Origin: Paraspadella gotoi
Taxonomy: Eukaryota; Animalia; Chaetognatha
Assembly (NCBI GenBank): GCA_051294375.1
Contig: CM119269.1
Coordinates: forward strand, 23,107,497 to 23,171,496
DNA: 64,000 bases
Reading direction: 5' to 3'
In this document: in pieces, positions 10,847 through 21,878 of the stretch
Position numbering within the stretch: the stretch's first letter is position 1
Layout: each line of letters starts with the position of its first letter
Program-made: the position numbers and the translations under genes
The notes under the pieces: generated by a model
Databases searched by the model: none
What the model was told of the DNA's origin: nothing
The model's input: the letters and a program-made list of their open reading frames with translations, nothing else

Positions 10847-13800
10847 TTAACTATATCTCCATGAGATGGCGACGGAGACGATCCAAGTGGCAAGAATTCG
10901 CGAGGTCCAGAGATTTCTGTTCACGGAACTTCGCCAAGAAGAAGCGGATGAGACGCAATCTTGATCGCTAGATGTTAATAAGAAAAAAATATTATGAATC
11001 CCTATTTTAGAATATGATCACTTTTGTCAACCCCATAACTTTGTCAGCTAAAATTCTTCATGAGGAAATTTAAAAAAAAAAATGAAATCATTAGCCCAGT
11101 TTCGATTTGTAATACATAACGAATTACTAGTCTCACATCGCCTTTGTCATTCTTTTTTATCTTCCCTGTCATTGATATCTCCTCAGGTCATCNNNNNNNN
11201 NNACATAACGAATTACAAGTCTCACATCGCCTTTGTCATTCTTTTTTATCGCCCCTGTCATTGACATCTCCTCAGGTCATCATCGCCACTATCATAGTTA
11301 TCATAGTTATCATAGTATCAGTGTCGGGAAGAAACTTTCGTGAAGATTCATCATAGGACTTTTATTCTTTTGAATATTTATTCATTGACAAATAAAACAT
11401 TTCACTACGTGTCTACTGTCTATTCATTTATCATTGCCTTTCCTTTTCAGCTATCATGAGTTATTAATGATTATAGGAGAGGTGTTGGGTTACTGATAGG
11501 TTATGTGGTTCTTGATCATTGCGTTTCTCTTCTGATCGGAGATCGGACTTGGTTGAAACGAGACATTCTGCCACGCCTTGACTTTTAGTGACACTCCTTT
11601 GGTCACCCCACACTTATCATTACCCGTTAGGGGGTACGCAGGATTCGCCCCCTAACACTGGTGCATCGTCCTTTATCCACACTGAGTGAAGAACCCGGTA
11701 ATCTCTATCATTGCCCCTATCATAACTTCTATCATAGTCCCGGTAATCTCTATCATATCCCTTACTATCCACTATGCCGCCTATCATAACCCCTAAAATC
11801 ACACTTATCATCACTCCTGTCCTCCCTGTCATAACTTCTATCATCACCCCTATCATCTTCCCTTTCCTCACTATCATCACGACTATCATAACTTTTATCA
11901 TCGCTATTATCATCCCCTTTGTCATGGCCATTATCCACGGAATCATCCCCCTATCATAACCCACTATCATAATCCCGATCATCGTTTCTATCATAACTCC
12001 AATCACATCATCTTATCACCTCCCACTCTCTATCATTACCTCGCTCCTTCTCTCGCCAAATCCATCAGTTTTTCCCACCAAAGCTCAGGATCGGGTGGAG
12101 GGGTCTGTCCGTCCGGCGGCCGTACGTCGTTGAGTCCGCACGTCCGTACGGCCTCGTAGAGAGAAGAGGAGGAGGCGATGACGGCGGCCGATTGGTGAGC
12201 GTTCACTTCGTCCAGATCAAAGACTCCTATGTTGATGAGAGAAATATAGATGTCTACATTATGTTTAAACATAATTTACGTGATAAATAGATATAAATAT
12301 TAAATATCCCCATCCCAAATGGATAAATAATATTGTATTGGCGTTCGCGGTGCGCAACGCGGGCGTCGCCGTAGGGGCAGGACAGCTCAACGTTCGACGG
12401 CAGAGATTTCGACATCCGAGTCCCAAGTTTCCTGATTCGCGAGGACGACGACGATTAATATGAAGAAAAAAGCAAATATCTGGGTTATTTTTAACGTTTG
12501 AAATTTAGGAAAAGTGAGAGGCAGTCGCCTCGTTAAGCCGCGACGTCGAACGTTTTCACGTTGCTTTTAACGTGTTGCTTTTAAAGTATTTTTATCGTTT
12601 TTAAATCATTGTTTGTTTTGAAACAACTTGAAATATCACCGATTGCATTAATATCACTAAACATTTTAAAACATCGTTGGATTCTCGGTCGTCGTCTACG
12701 AGAAAGTCAGCAAAAATAAACAATTTTGATATCATTAAACCGAGGCAGCTCAAACAAATATTATATTTAACACAAAAACATTTTAACAAATATATGAAAT
12801 CATAAATAATAGTTGTTTTAAATTAAAAAAAATTAAATAAATATAGTGAAACAAGTAATTTTGCAACTTCATATATGAAAATTGCAAAATTACTTGTTAT
12901 CCTATTCTATTTTTATATATTTTAAGATATTTAATAATATTTAATATATTACGGTTTGATTTTTTATATCTTTGACACACACTGCATTAGAATTTGTCTT
13001 TTATTCTGTTTTTGTTAAAACAGAAATTCTTTTTACATCAGCAAAAGGTAATCGAGTGACTTTACAAGTAGCGGTAGCCGACCGAATTCAAATTTTAATG
13101 GGAACAGCATTAAACTAATCCATTATTGGTATTAATTATTATGTTAAAATATTATTTTGCAAAAATGTTCCGAACCATGAGTAATTCGCTAATTAATATT
13201 ATTATATTGCTATATAATGTCAAAAAATTTTGGGGGATATTTTAAGTTTTTTTAATTGATTCTGATAGAGCTTAAAAAGTTAAGCAAAAAATATAATTAC
13301 AACTTTTTAAAATTTTGATGTTTTATTATTAAAAATTAGTAAAAACTGCTAAAATCATTTAATGATAATGATGATGATAATTTTGTAAGGTTTTTCCCAA
13401 TTTTAACCCACTTATCATCAAAATATTGAAAAAAGAATTATATTTTGTGTAGATTTGAATCTGCTTATAAAAATACAAAATTCAAAAAAAATTTTTTTTA
13501 CATTTCCTATCTATAAATAAATATTAAAAAATTAATTACTAATGCTTCTAGCAATTTTAGAAAATTTTGGTCCATTGAAAGTTTTCTCAGAAATGTATGA
13601 AGTTTCATTTGAAAAGGTTCCCAAATCAAACTTCTGACCCACCCCATTGACAAAGTTTGGCTCTATCACTAGTAGGATATATGGTCATATATATATATCA
13701 ATATATATTGTTCACTCTAAAGGTACTATGGTACCTTACCTTTATACCAAATACGAACTTAATCGATACAATATTACCCAAGTTATTTTTAATATAAGTG

Positions 13801-14207
13801 GGACCCTCCGACAGACAATCATACCGACCGACCGACCGAAAAGTGACTTATAGCGCCATCAAAAACTTTTACAATATAAACTTTACCGTCTTTGTCCGTA
13901 TGTCTCAGCATAAATATGTATTCATCTCCGATCTTCAACTTTGTTCCGCTGCAAGTTGATCTGGGAAAAATCCGTCGAATTTCGATCTGGGATGGAATAT
14001 CCATCTCAGATTTTTTCAAGATGGCGTAAACGTGGGAAAGGGAAGAAGTGGACGAGGGAAGTGGGTAGAAAGGGTCGGCTAGAGGGGGGTGGGTTGTGGA
14101 TAGAAAAGTGGGTAGGGAAGGAGGTCAGGTATTAAGGGAATTTTAAAAAGTTTTGATGCAAATTATTTGTGGTAATATTTTGATAGAATATGCTTCGTTT
14201 ATCAATT

Positions 14208-14238
<31 letters not shown>

Positions 14239-14724
14239 TGTCTTTTGAGATTGTGAGAGAGTTTGGATTGAAAGTTTGCAGGGCCTTTACTCACCATAAC
14301 CAGTATTAAGTCAGGAGGCAAGATTAATTATTTATTTAATTAATGGATAATTTTTATATTAGTTTTCCCTTTTAAAAACATTTTTATAATCCAGTATCTT
14401 TTATGCAATTGGATAACTTAACTTAAGCATTCAATCAAGACTCTCTTAGTATTTCAATCAAAAAAACTATCTATCTTTACAATTATCCTTTATTATCAAT
14501 AAATTAATAACTTAATAATTTTGATTTATTTTTAATTCTGAATTATTCTTACTTCTATTTTCGCTCCTCGTTATGTGATTAGCATCTTTGCCATAAACGA
14601 CTATTTCACTTTTCAGCATAAGTTGAACATCAGAATAAATCTGGTATAATTCAATCGCGATGGAACAGCCCGTGCCTTCTCGGGCAGAGGCGGCCCACAA
14701 AATTAGCCAAAGAGTTGGCCACAT
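10847..14724 (-). CDS. Secreted/GPI-anchored NtA(agrin N-terminal)/TIMP-like protein, paralogue 1
   Basis: Exons 14724-14553, 14078-13887, 12226-12040 and 10967-10847 are all GT-AG and in phase: signal peptide MWPTLWLILWAASA..., CSIAIELYQIYSDVQLMLKSEIVVYGKD, HVYAILKK, IEIRRIFPRSTCSGTKLKIGDEYIFML, FDLDEVNAHQSAA..AVRTCGLNDVRPPDG, and tail DQDCVSSASSWR...ILATWIVSVAISWRYS*. Exon-by-exon homology with paralogue 2 supports the model. The fold assignment is inferred. Confidence 0.82.
11690..12035. repeat. Degenerate (CTATCATNNCCC)-like ~12-bp tandem repeat
   Basis: Repeated tatcat/atcac units within an intron. Explains the Ile/Met-rich ORFs. Confidence 0.75.
13064..13852 (+). mobile_element. Helentron/DINE-1-like non-autonomous element
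   Basis: Starts ACAAGTAGCGGTAGCCGACC and ends with a (GACC/GACA)n microsatellite plus AAAAGTGACTTATAG. An inverted copy of its body is at 20295-20716. Related 3' ends with a GTTGC-CCGCGAGTACTCGCGG-GCAAC hairpin occur at 19700-19808 and ~37500-37532, and a microsatellite end occurs at 33845-33910. Confidence 0.65.
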
Positions 14725-15044
14725 GTTTTAGTTAGTAGTTGTTTGTAAATAATAAACATAAACGATGTCAAATTAAACTTGGAGGCGAATATCGTACAAA
14801 CTTATGATTGTTTAAGTAAAATTGATGTTTTTTTCTTATTTATTTATTTAATTTTTTAACGTTTTCCGCGTCAGGAGCGATTACAAAAATTTTCGAAATG
14901 TTTTTCGAGTTTGAACTCTAATCTTTTTTTAATTCGTTTTTTTATTAATTCCGCCGTTTTTAATCTTTGATTTTAATCAATTTGATTTTGAGCTAATTTT
15001 TTTTCTTCTTCTTCCATACTAGGATGTCAATTCAGTCTATGACT

Positions 15045-15098
<54 letters not shown>

Positions 15099-16037
15099 TT
15101 CATCAGCCAAATCCAGTGTCCCTTCTTGTCTCGTGACAAAAAAATTCAGACTCAAATTCTCTATTTTTTTTTCTTTTTATTTTCCTTGAAAAACAAAAGA
15201 TCATTCGATTCTTTTTTCAATTTGAGTCATTTTAATAATTTTTAGGTTCTAATTTCTAAAAGCGCCTCATTTATGTTATTTTATCACTTAATTNNNNNNN
15301 NNNTAAAAGCGCCTCATTTGTGTTATTTTATCACTTAATTTTAATATCTAATGATAAACTATTATCTAACTTTTAAACCAACTATTAACCTTAAATCCTT
15401 GTTCTAAATCTTTCTACCTAATCCGTAACCGCTCAGGGCCTAATCCATAACCGCTCTGGTCCTAATCCCTATCCGCTCTTGTCCTAATCCCTAACCCTAA
15501 TCCCCAAACCTAAAAGACTAATCACTAACGCTTATTCTTAAAATCTTAATCTTTAAACCAAAAACTTAACTAAATCCTTAATTTAATCTGAAATTGGGCG
15601 CGTTTAGACAATTTGGCCAACAAAAGATCATGGATTTCTTGTGAACTTTAGTCATTTTAGTGATTTTTGTATGACTTTGGTTACGCATAAGTTATTTCGA
15701 GTATAGCTCGTGATTGTTCGGCCAACCTTGGTGAGTGATTCAAACATTTAAGTCTTACGACTCCTGTTAGATTAATTTAATCAGTCTTCGCTTATTTGGA
15801 CTGCTAACTGCAGTTATGATGGAGTATTTTAAATAAAAAAAGCAAGAAAAAACAATACATTAAAAAAGTTTAATTTCAATCATTCCAAATCACCCAGATT
15901 TTTTGTAATATAAAATAAAGAAAATATAATGCAAAGTAAAGAGAATCGATAGACTTGATAAAAAAGTTTCAAAATTACAGATTTGATTTTTTTCACTTGA
16001 TGCAAAAGGCGTAAAAGGCTTTTTTTTCAGATAGCCC

Positions 16038-18797
16038 CTATCTCAGGGAGACAGATGTTAAAATGGCAAGAAATAATAAACTCGTCCAGTTGTCTTTCGC
16101 TAATGTCCGCCATGAACCTGCTCCAGATTTGCAATTTTCGTCACTAAAAAATAAAAAAAAAGGATTTATGGTGGACTAAAATCCACCAACCGTTCATCAG
16201 CGGCCATTGGTGCCGGAGGCAAGTCATTCGCTTCCCAACCCAAAGGTCCGGGGTTCTAGCCCGGTGGTCGTCTGGCAGTTAAGAGGGACTGGGGCGTTTA
16301 AACCGCCTGTAACATGGTGTTACAGCCTGATCCGAAGCTCAGGGACTGCTTGTATTGAACGGTTCTGTCACTAACCCATAACAATAATTACTGTCTCTTC
16401 AGATTAAACTTTTTTTACACAATTTTTCACAAAATCTAATTTATTATCATCAATCCTTTGTCATCTTTTCCGATCATCAAACTTAACAACACTGCCGACC
16501 AAGCGCTAATGGGGCCAAAGATTGCTATCCGCAACTTCTTGAACCCCTTCTAGCAGCCATGGAACGGGTCCTGGGCTTGGAAACAGGATTCAGGGTTTTC
16601 CACGCCCCCCATGGCGGCTAACGGCCGTCCTCACGTTTCCCGCAGGGTAGGTAACATTGGGAATCGATCCCGGTACTTGATTGGACATGAGCTGATGTTA
16701 TTACTCAATGAGCCACCGGGTCAAGACTAAAGGCGTCATGCATATAGGGGGTGAACTTATTGCAATGCCAGACAACACATCCTTACTCCGCCGATGCCGC
16801 ATCAAGAGCCGACCATTTTCGCTCCCAAAGGTCCGGATAAGGCCGAGCGTCCGCACCGTTGGGCCCAGTGTCCGTACCGTCCGGACGCAAGACATTGTTC
16901 AGTCCGCAAATTCGTACCGCGTCGCTGAGCGTCGAGTTGGTCGCGAGGATGGCGGAAGAATGAAGCAAACGTTCGTGAAGATCGAATATTCCTGGGGTTA
17001 GAAATAATTAAATGAAATTGGTACCACCAATATAAAAATTATCCATTCATTTAATAAATAAGCTATCTTGCCCCTTACTTTGGATCGGCTTGGGTGGTTT
17101 AAGGCGTCCATAACTCTTAAAAGAGAGATCATTGGTCAAAACAAGGTCACGTAAAAACAAAATATCTCTCTCTCTCTCTCTCTTTTTTTTTTTTTAAAGC
17201 AAAACCAATTGACCCAGCTTCCATCCCTTCTTCCCAGCCTGCCTTGCTTGTTAAAGCATCACTTATTGACCACTGACCAATCTTCCTAGCTTACTAGCCT
17301 GATTTGCTAATTAAAGAACAAGCTCCCTAATTAGTACCAGCCTGTCCCGTCGGCTTAATCATGAATAGATATTCTTTTCCAGTCTCGATCCTCGTGTTGG
17401 AACAACTCGTCATCGGCCAAACATCATGAATTTCTATCTGATAAGGAATTTTGATGTTTTTATCTTTTTTCAGAATCGCATAGACGTGAGTGATGGAGCT
17501 GTTGTGAGAATCTGATGGGGGAAAGAAAATTGGGGTTAAGTGAATGATGTTTGTGAGAAGTGAATTAAGCGTTAGGGTGAGGCGAGATTGAAGTTAATAT
17601 CCGAAATCTTTAAACTTAATCTTAATATATGATTTTGAAGAGACAGTAATTATTGATAAGTGTTAATGACAGAACGTTCATATAAGCAGTCCCTGAGCTT
17701 CGATCAGCTGTAACACCATGTTACAGGCGGGTTAAGCGCCCCGTCCCTCTTAACTGCCAGACGACCACTGGCTAGAACCCCGGACCTTTGGGTTGGGAGG
17801 CGAATGACTTGCCTCCGGCACCAATGGCCGCTGATGAACGGTTGGTGGATTTTAGTCCACCATACATCCCCCCTCCCGTAGGGAAAAATCTGTTGCGTCT
17901 CTTCAGTGAATTGTTGTTGTTGGTGGAAAGTTCGTCACCAAGTTGAGGCATGTCGCCTGATGTGTTGTGGGCGGAAAGTGCATCGCCAGGTGGAGGCATG
18001 TGCCTGAGAGTGTTGTTGTTGCTGTTGTGTCGGAAGTCGGGCTCACCAATGAAGAGACAGTAATTATTATTATGTGTTAGTGACAGAACTTCAATATAAG
18101 CAGTCCCTGAGCTTCGGATAGGCTGTAACACCAAGTTACAGGGGGTTAGCGCCCCGTCCCTCTTAACTAGACACACGGACGCTAGAACCCCGGACCTTTG
18201 GGTTGGGAGGCGAATGACTTGCCTCCGGCACCAATGGCCGCTGATGAACGGTTGGTGGATTTTAGTCCACCATAATTTTAAACTTTTATTATATTTATAT
18301 AAATATAATATTAATACCAATCTTTAATCCTTAAAACCCCCTTTTATCTTAAATTTGGAATGAAATAATTTTTTTTATTTTAAGATTAGATTAAGACCCT
18401 CACCCCGTTATATTTAATATCAACGCAGGAAATGGAGCTGTAAATGCATCTGATGGATCTCACCATTGCTACTTTTTTCGTTGATATTATAGTTAAAATT
18501 AAAATCTGTGATAAAGGAACAGAAATGGGGCACTCTCGGAAAAGAAAGCCCATTCTAAATATGTTTATATGTTTATATTATAATATGTTTATAATATGTT
18601 TTTATTCTAGATATGTTCATGTACTAACTCGGTTCCGGAAGAAAGTGTTGGTGATCTTTGCCGTAAACGACGTTCTCGCTATCGAGCATCAACTCTAAAT
18701 CGGTGTACATCTTTTCTGGGCCCATAATTGTACAAGGAGTGACATCTGATGGGAAGAGAGAGAAGGCGACCAACAAAAGAGCAAGGGGTGGAGACAT
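16038..18797 (-). CDS. Secreted/GPI-anchored NtA/TIMP-like protein, paralogue 2
   Basis: Exons 18797-18629, 17511-17338, 16991-16787 and 16143-16038 encode MSPPLALLLVAFSLFPSDVTPCTIMGPEKMYTDLELMLDSENVVYGKD...HVYAILKK...IEIHDVWPMTSCSNTRIETGKEYLFMI...FDLHERLLHSSA..AVRICGLNNVLRPDG...DENCKSGAGSWR...SLLFLAILTSVSLR*. Intron positions and phases match paralogue 1. Confidence 0.85.
16170..16400 (+). mobile_element. tRNA-derived SINE-like family A (~230 bp)
   Basis: Contains a tRNA-like block GCGGCCATTGGTGCCGGAGG...(C/T)TCCCAA...GGTTCTAGCCCGGTGGTCGT with A/B-box-like motifs and a CCC (Gly) anticodon-like loop. Five copies lie in the window. Confidence 0.75.
16502..16775 (-). mobile_element. tRNA-derived SINE-like family B
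   Basis: Reverse-complement homologue of 26176-26454. Confidence 0.7.
17637..17861 (-). mobile_element. SINE-like family A copy
   Basis: Reverse complement of 16170-16400, with high identity. Confidence 0.8.
18051..18271 (-). mobile_element. SINE-like family A copy
   Basis: Reverse complement of 16170-16400, with high identity. Confidence 0.8.
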
Positions 18798-19984
18798 GTT
18801 CGAGGAGAAACGCCAAAAAATTGTGAATAAGATTTGCGTTAACGGTTTTTTATGGTTGAGATCTTTAGCGATGTATTAAATAAGGTATTTTTTAGATGTT
18901 TTGGAACATTTTGAGTTTTTAAGGGCAGTATTTTGTTAGTCTTTATTAGCTTTCTTCAATAGCAAATTTATGTAGAATTCTTTTTGTATAGTAGGAACTT
19001 GCATTTGATTTTATATTTATTTATATTACTGTTTGATGTATAGGACTCGTTTTTGTCAATTAAAGTTATTTTGAGATGAAATATTATTATCAGTCTTAAT
19101 TTTTTAAGTCGAAATGATTCAGGATTTAATTTTGTCTGCTTGAGAATGAAAACCAGTTTCTGAAAAATCATGAGAAGAATTTGCGAGTTTTGTTTATAGT
19201 TCACCTTTTTGGAGAAAATAACAAAAGATCAGTCGTGATATCAAAAGGAAAAAAGCTATACAATATAGTATACATAGTATACATTGTCGCACTACATGGA
19301 TTAGGAAGCCATGTTCATAAACGGGACCAAATACAACCTGTACAATAGTCAACTAAGTCAGGAGGGAAAGTAGCTTATTAATATTCTCTCTCTCTCTCTC
19401 TCTCTTTTTAGCCTATAAAAATTTCAACAGAATAAACCATTTAGCTACAAAGAGTGGAGATTAAAGACGCAACATTAAATGATTTATTGTGACGCCAAAT
19501 TTGAAGGTAAATTTGAAAGTATTAACACCTCACTTAAGGTGTTGCGCCGCTTCACTTTTCTTTTTACTTATTTACTTATTTACTTATTTACTTATTTCTT
19601 TAAAAACAAAAGGCAGCACCAGTAGTCGATTAGATTTGATTTTTAACAAATGAGCATTATAACTTATAACAAACTATAGGCAAGTAAAAAGCGTTTTTAA
19701 TGTAAGTGGGACAGACCGACGGACAGACATACAGACGGACCGACTGACCGACCGACCAAAAAGTGACTTATAGAGTTGCTCCGCGAGTACTCGCGGCGCA
19801 ACTAAAAACTAGACACTATAAATAAATAACTTGTCAATGTTTTATTCTCGTTTGTTTACAAACTAATTTGAGCTTTTTAACTACTCGTCACCTAATTAAG
19901 AAGTCAGTCAGAAACAGAGGCAACTCGAATAAATTTTGAATCGTATTGCCGGTTTTCCGTGATTTAATTTTCCATAAATTCTTC

Positions 19985-20790
19985 GGCTCTTTTATCCAAG
20001 AGCACCCTGTTTCTATTCCTTTATCCCGGAATTTGAATTCACCCTTAATATTCAGCATAAATATATTTTTAAACTTATAATAAAATTATAATCCCGAACC
20101 TTAACCAGGTTAAGTTAAGTTAAGTTAACCTAATCTTAAACTTTTACCCTAAACCCTTATTACTAATTAACCTTAAACCTTAATCCCTAACCCTAAACTT
20201 TAACCTTAAACCTTAATCCTTAACCCTAATCTTTATCCACTAACCAAATCCTTAACGTTAAACTTCTACCTAATTAGGATCAATATTTATCAATAGGGTG
20301 GGTCAGAAGTTTGATTTAAGAACCTTCCCAAATGAAACTTCATACATTTCTAAAAAAACTTTCAATGGATCAACATTGTTTAAAAATGGCTAAAAGCACT
20401 AGTAATTAATTCTTTTTTCAATATTTTAAAATTAGAAAAAACCTTAAAAAATCATCATGATCATTATCATCTGATAATTTTAATAGTTTTTATTAATTGT
20501 TTATTAAATTTTTTTAGCATTATCAGAATCAATTAAAAAAATTAAAATATAACAAAATTTTTTGATATTATATAGCAATATAATAATTTTTATTAGCGAA
20601 TTACTCATGCTTTGGAACATTTTTGCAAAAAAATATTTTAACACAATAATTAATACCAATGATGGATTAGTTTAATGCTGTTCCCATTAAAATTTGAATT
20701 TGGTCGGCTACCGCTAACCTAATCAACCTAATTCTAGAAATTAACCTAATTTCATATTTAAGACGAAATGGGGCGTTCTCGGAAAATAAA
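19985..20790. mobile_element. MITE-like element with imperfect TIRs and internal TAACCC(T)-like repeats, interrupted by a DINE-like insertion at 20295-20716
   Basis: Left end ggctcttttatccaagagcaccctgtttc and right end gaaatggggcgttctcggaaaataa are imperfect inverted repeats. Related copies lie at ~15256-15615, 26721-26950, 35614-35870, 44006-44360, ~51410 and 58064-58231. Confidence 0.6.
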
Positions 20791-21878
20791 TCTCGACTTT
20801 ATAATCCATAAAGTCGAGTAAAATTTAATCGTATTCGGTCAATGACAGTTACTCTTGTATTAAAAACGAGTTTCTCTCGATAATTTGCAATTGATTATTG
20901 TTGAAGTTTTCAAGGATTTTAAGGATCCGGCTTATAAGAACAATTGTAAAATTTGTCCCTGAGCAATTTTTTTTTTTACAGTTATTTTTGTTTTCTTCTT
21001 TCAAAGAAATTTATGATTGGAGTGATTTCAAATAAGTGGAATTTTAAATAAAATTAACCAATGTTTATATATAAATTTTCTTTTTAATATGGAAGATTAT
21101 AAAATGATTAAAGAAAGGATATATGAGGCTCTCTCTCTCTCTCGCTCTCTCTCTCTCTTTCTTTCTTTGCTCTTACTCTTAAACTACTCATTTGTCCAAA
21201 GAATTCGAAATATTGGTCATTAATAAATATTGTACCTGTACTCCATGTGTAATCTTTAACTAATTCTTAATCTCGGTACATGCGATGACTATCATAGAAT
21301 AAATAACGAATCATATTATGCACTCTTAATTTCGACGACATGAGTCTGGTACCATATCCTACATGACGCTATGGATACAATTAATTAATTATAAAATAAA
21401 TTAATTTAATTATTTTAAATTATTTTTTTAAATTTAATAATTTTTCTGATTTTATTTTTTTTTAAAAATTTATTAATAACAAACGATATTAACAAAATTC
21501 AAAAAGCAGTAATGCGCTAACAGTAACAGTAACGCAGTAACAGTTATGCAGTAATAGTAACGCTATCAATAACAGCATAAAGAGACTGGAACACAAAAAC
21601 TGGAACATTTTTTTTAATTTACAATCTTGAAACTAAAAAAATTAATTAAAAACGAAAAATTAAAAAAAAATTAAATTATTGTAGATTAATAGCATTTAAT
21701 TTCAGAGAAATTGTATTATCTTAGTAGGCGATTAATGTTGTTTGATTAGTTTTTTGATATAAATTAAAACTACTTCTTTTAAAATGAAAGCCATGAAATA
21801 TGCAAAATGATATTATTGTTGATGAAATGATATTTTTTATACAAGAAACCACTCATCCGCATTCGTCATAACTGCAAT

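Noticed and set aside
17828-17861. CTGATGA followed by a hairpin in family A (hammerhead or C-box?)
   Set aside because: No downstream GAAA/UH core and no D box.
17772-18320. 182-aa minus-strand ORF
   Set aside because: Composed of two SINE copies plus a short degenerate ~48-bp repeat, inside an intron of paralogue 2.
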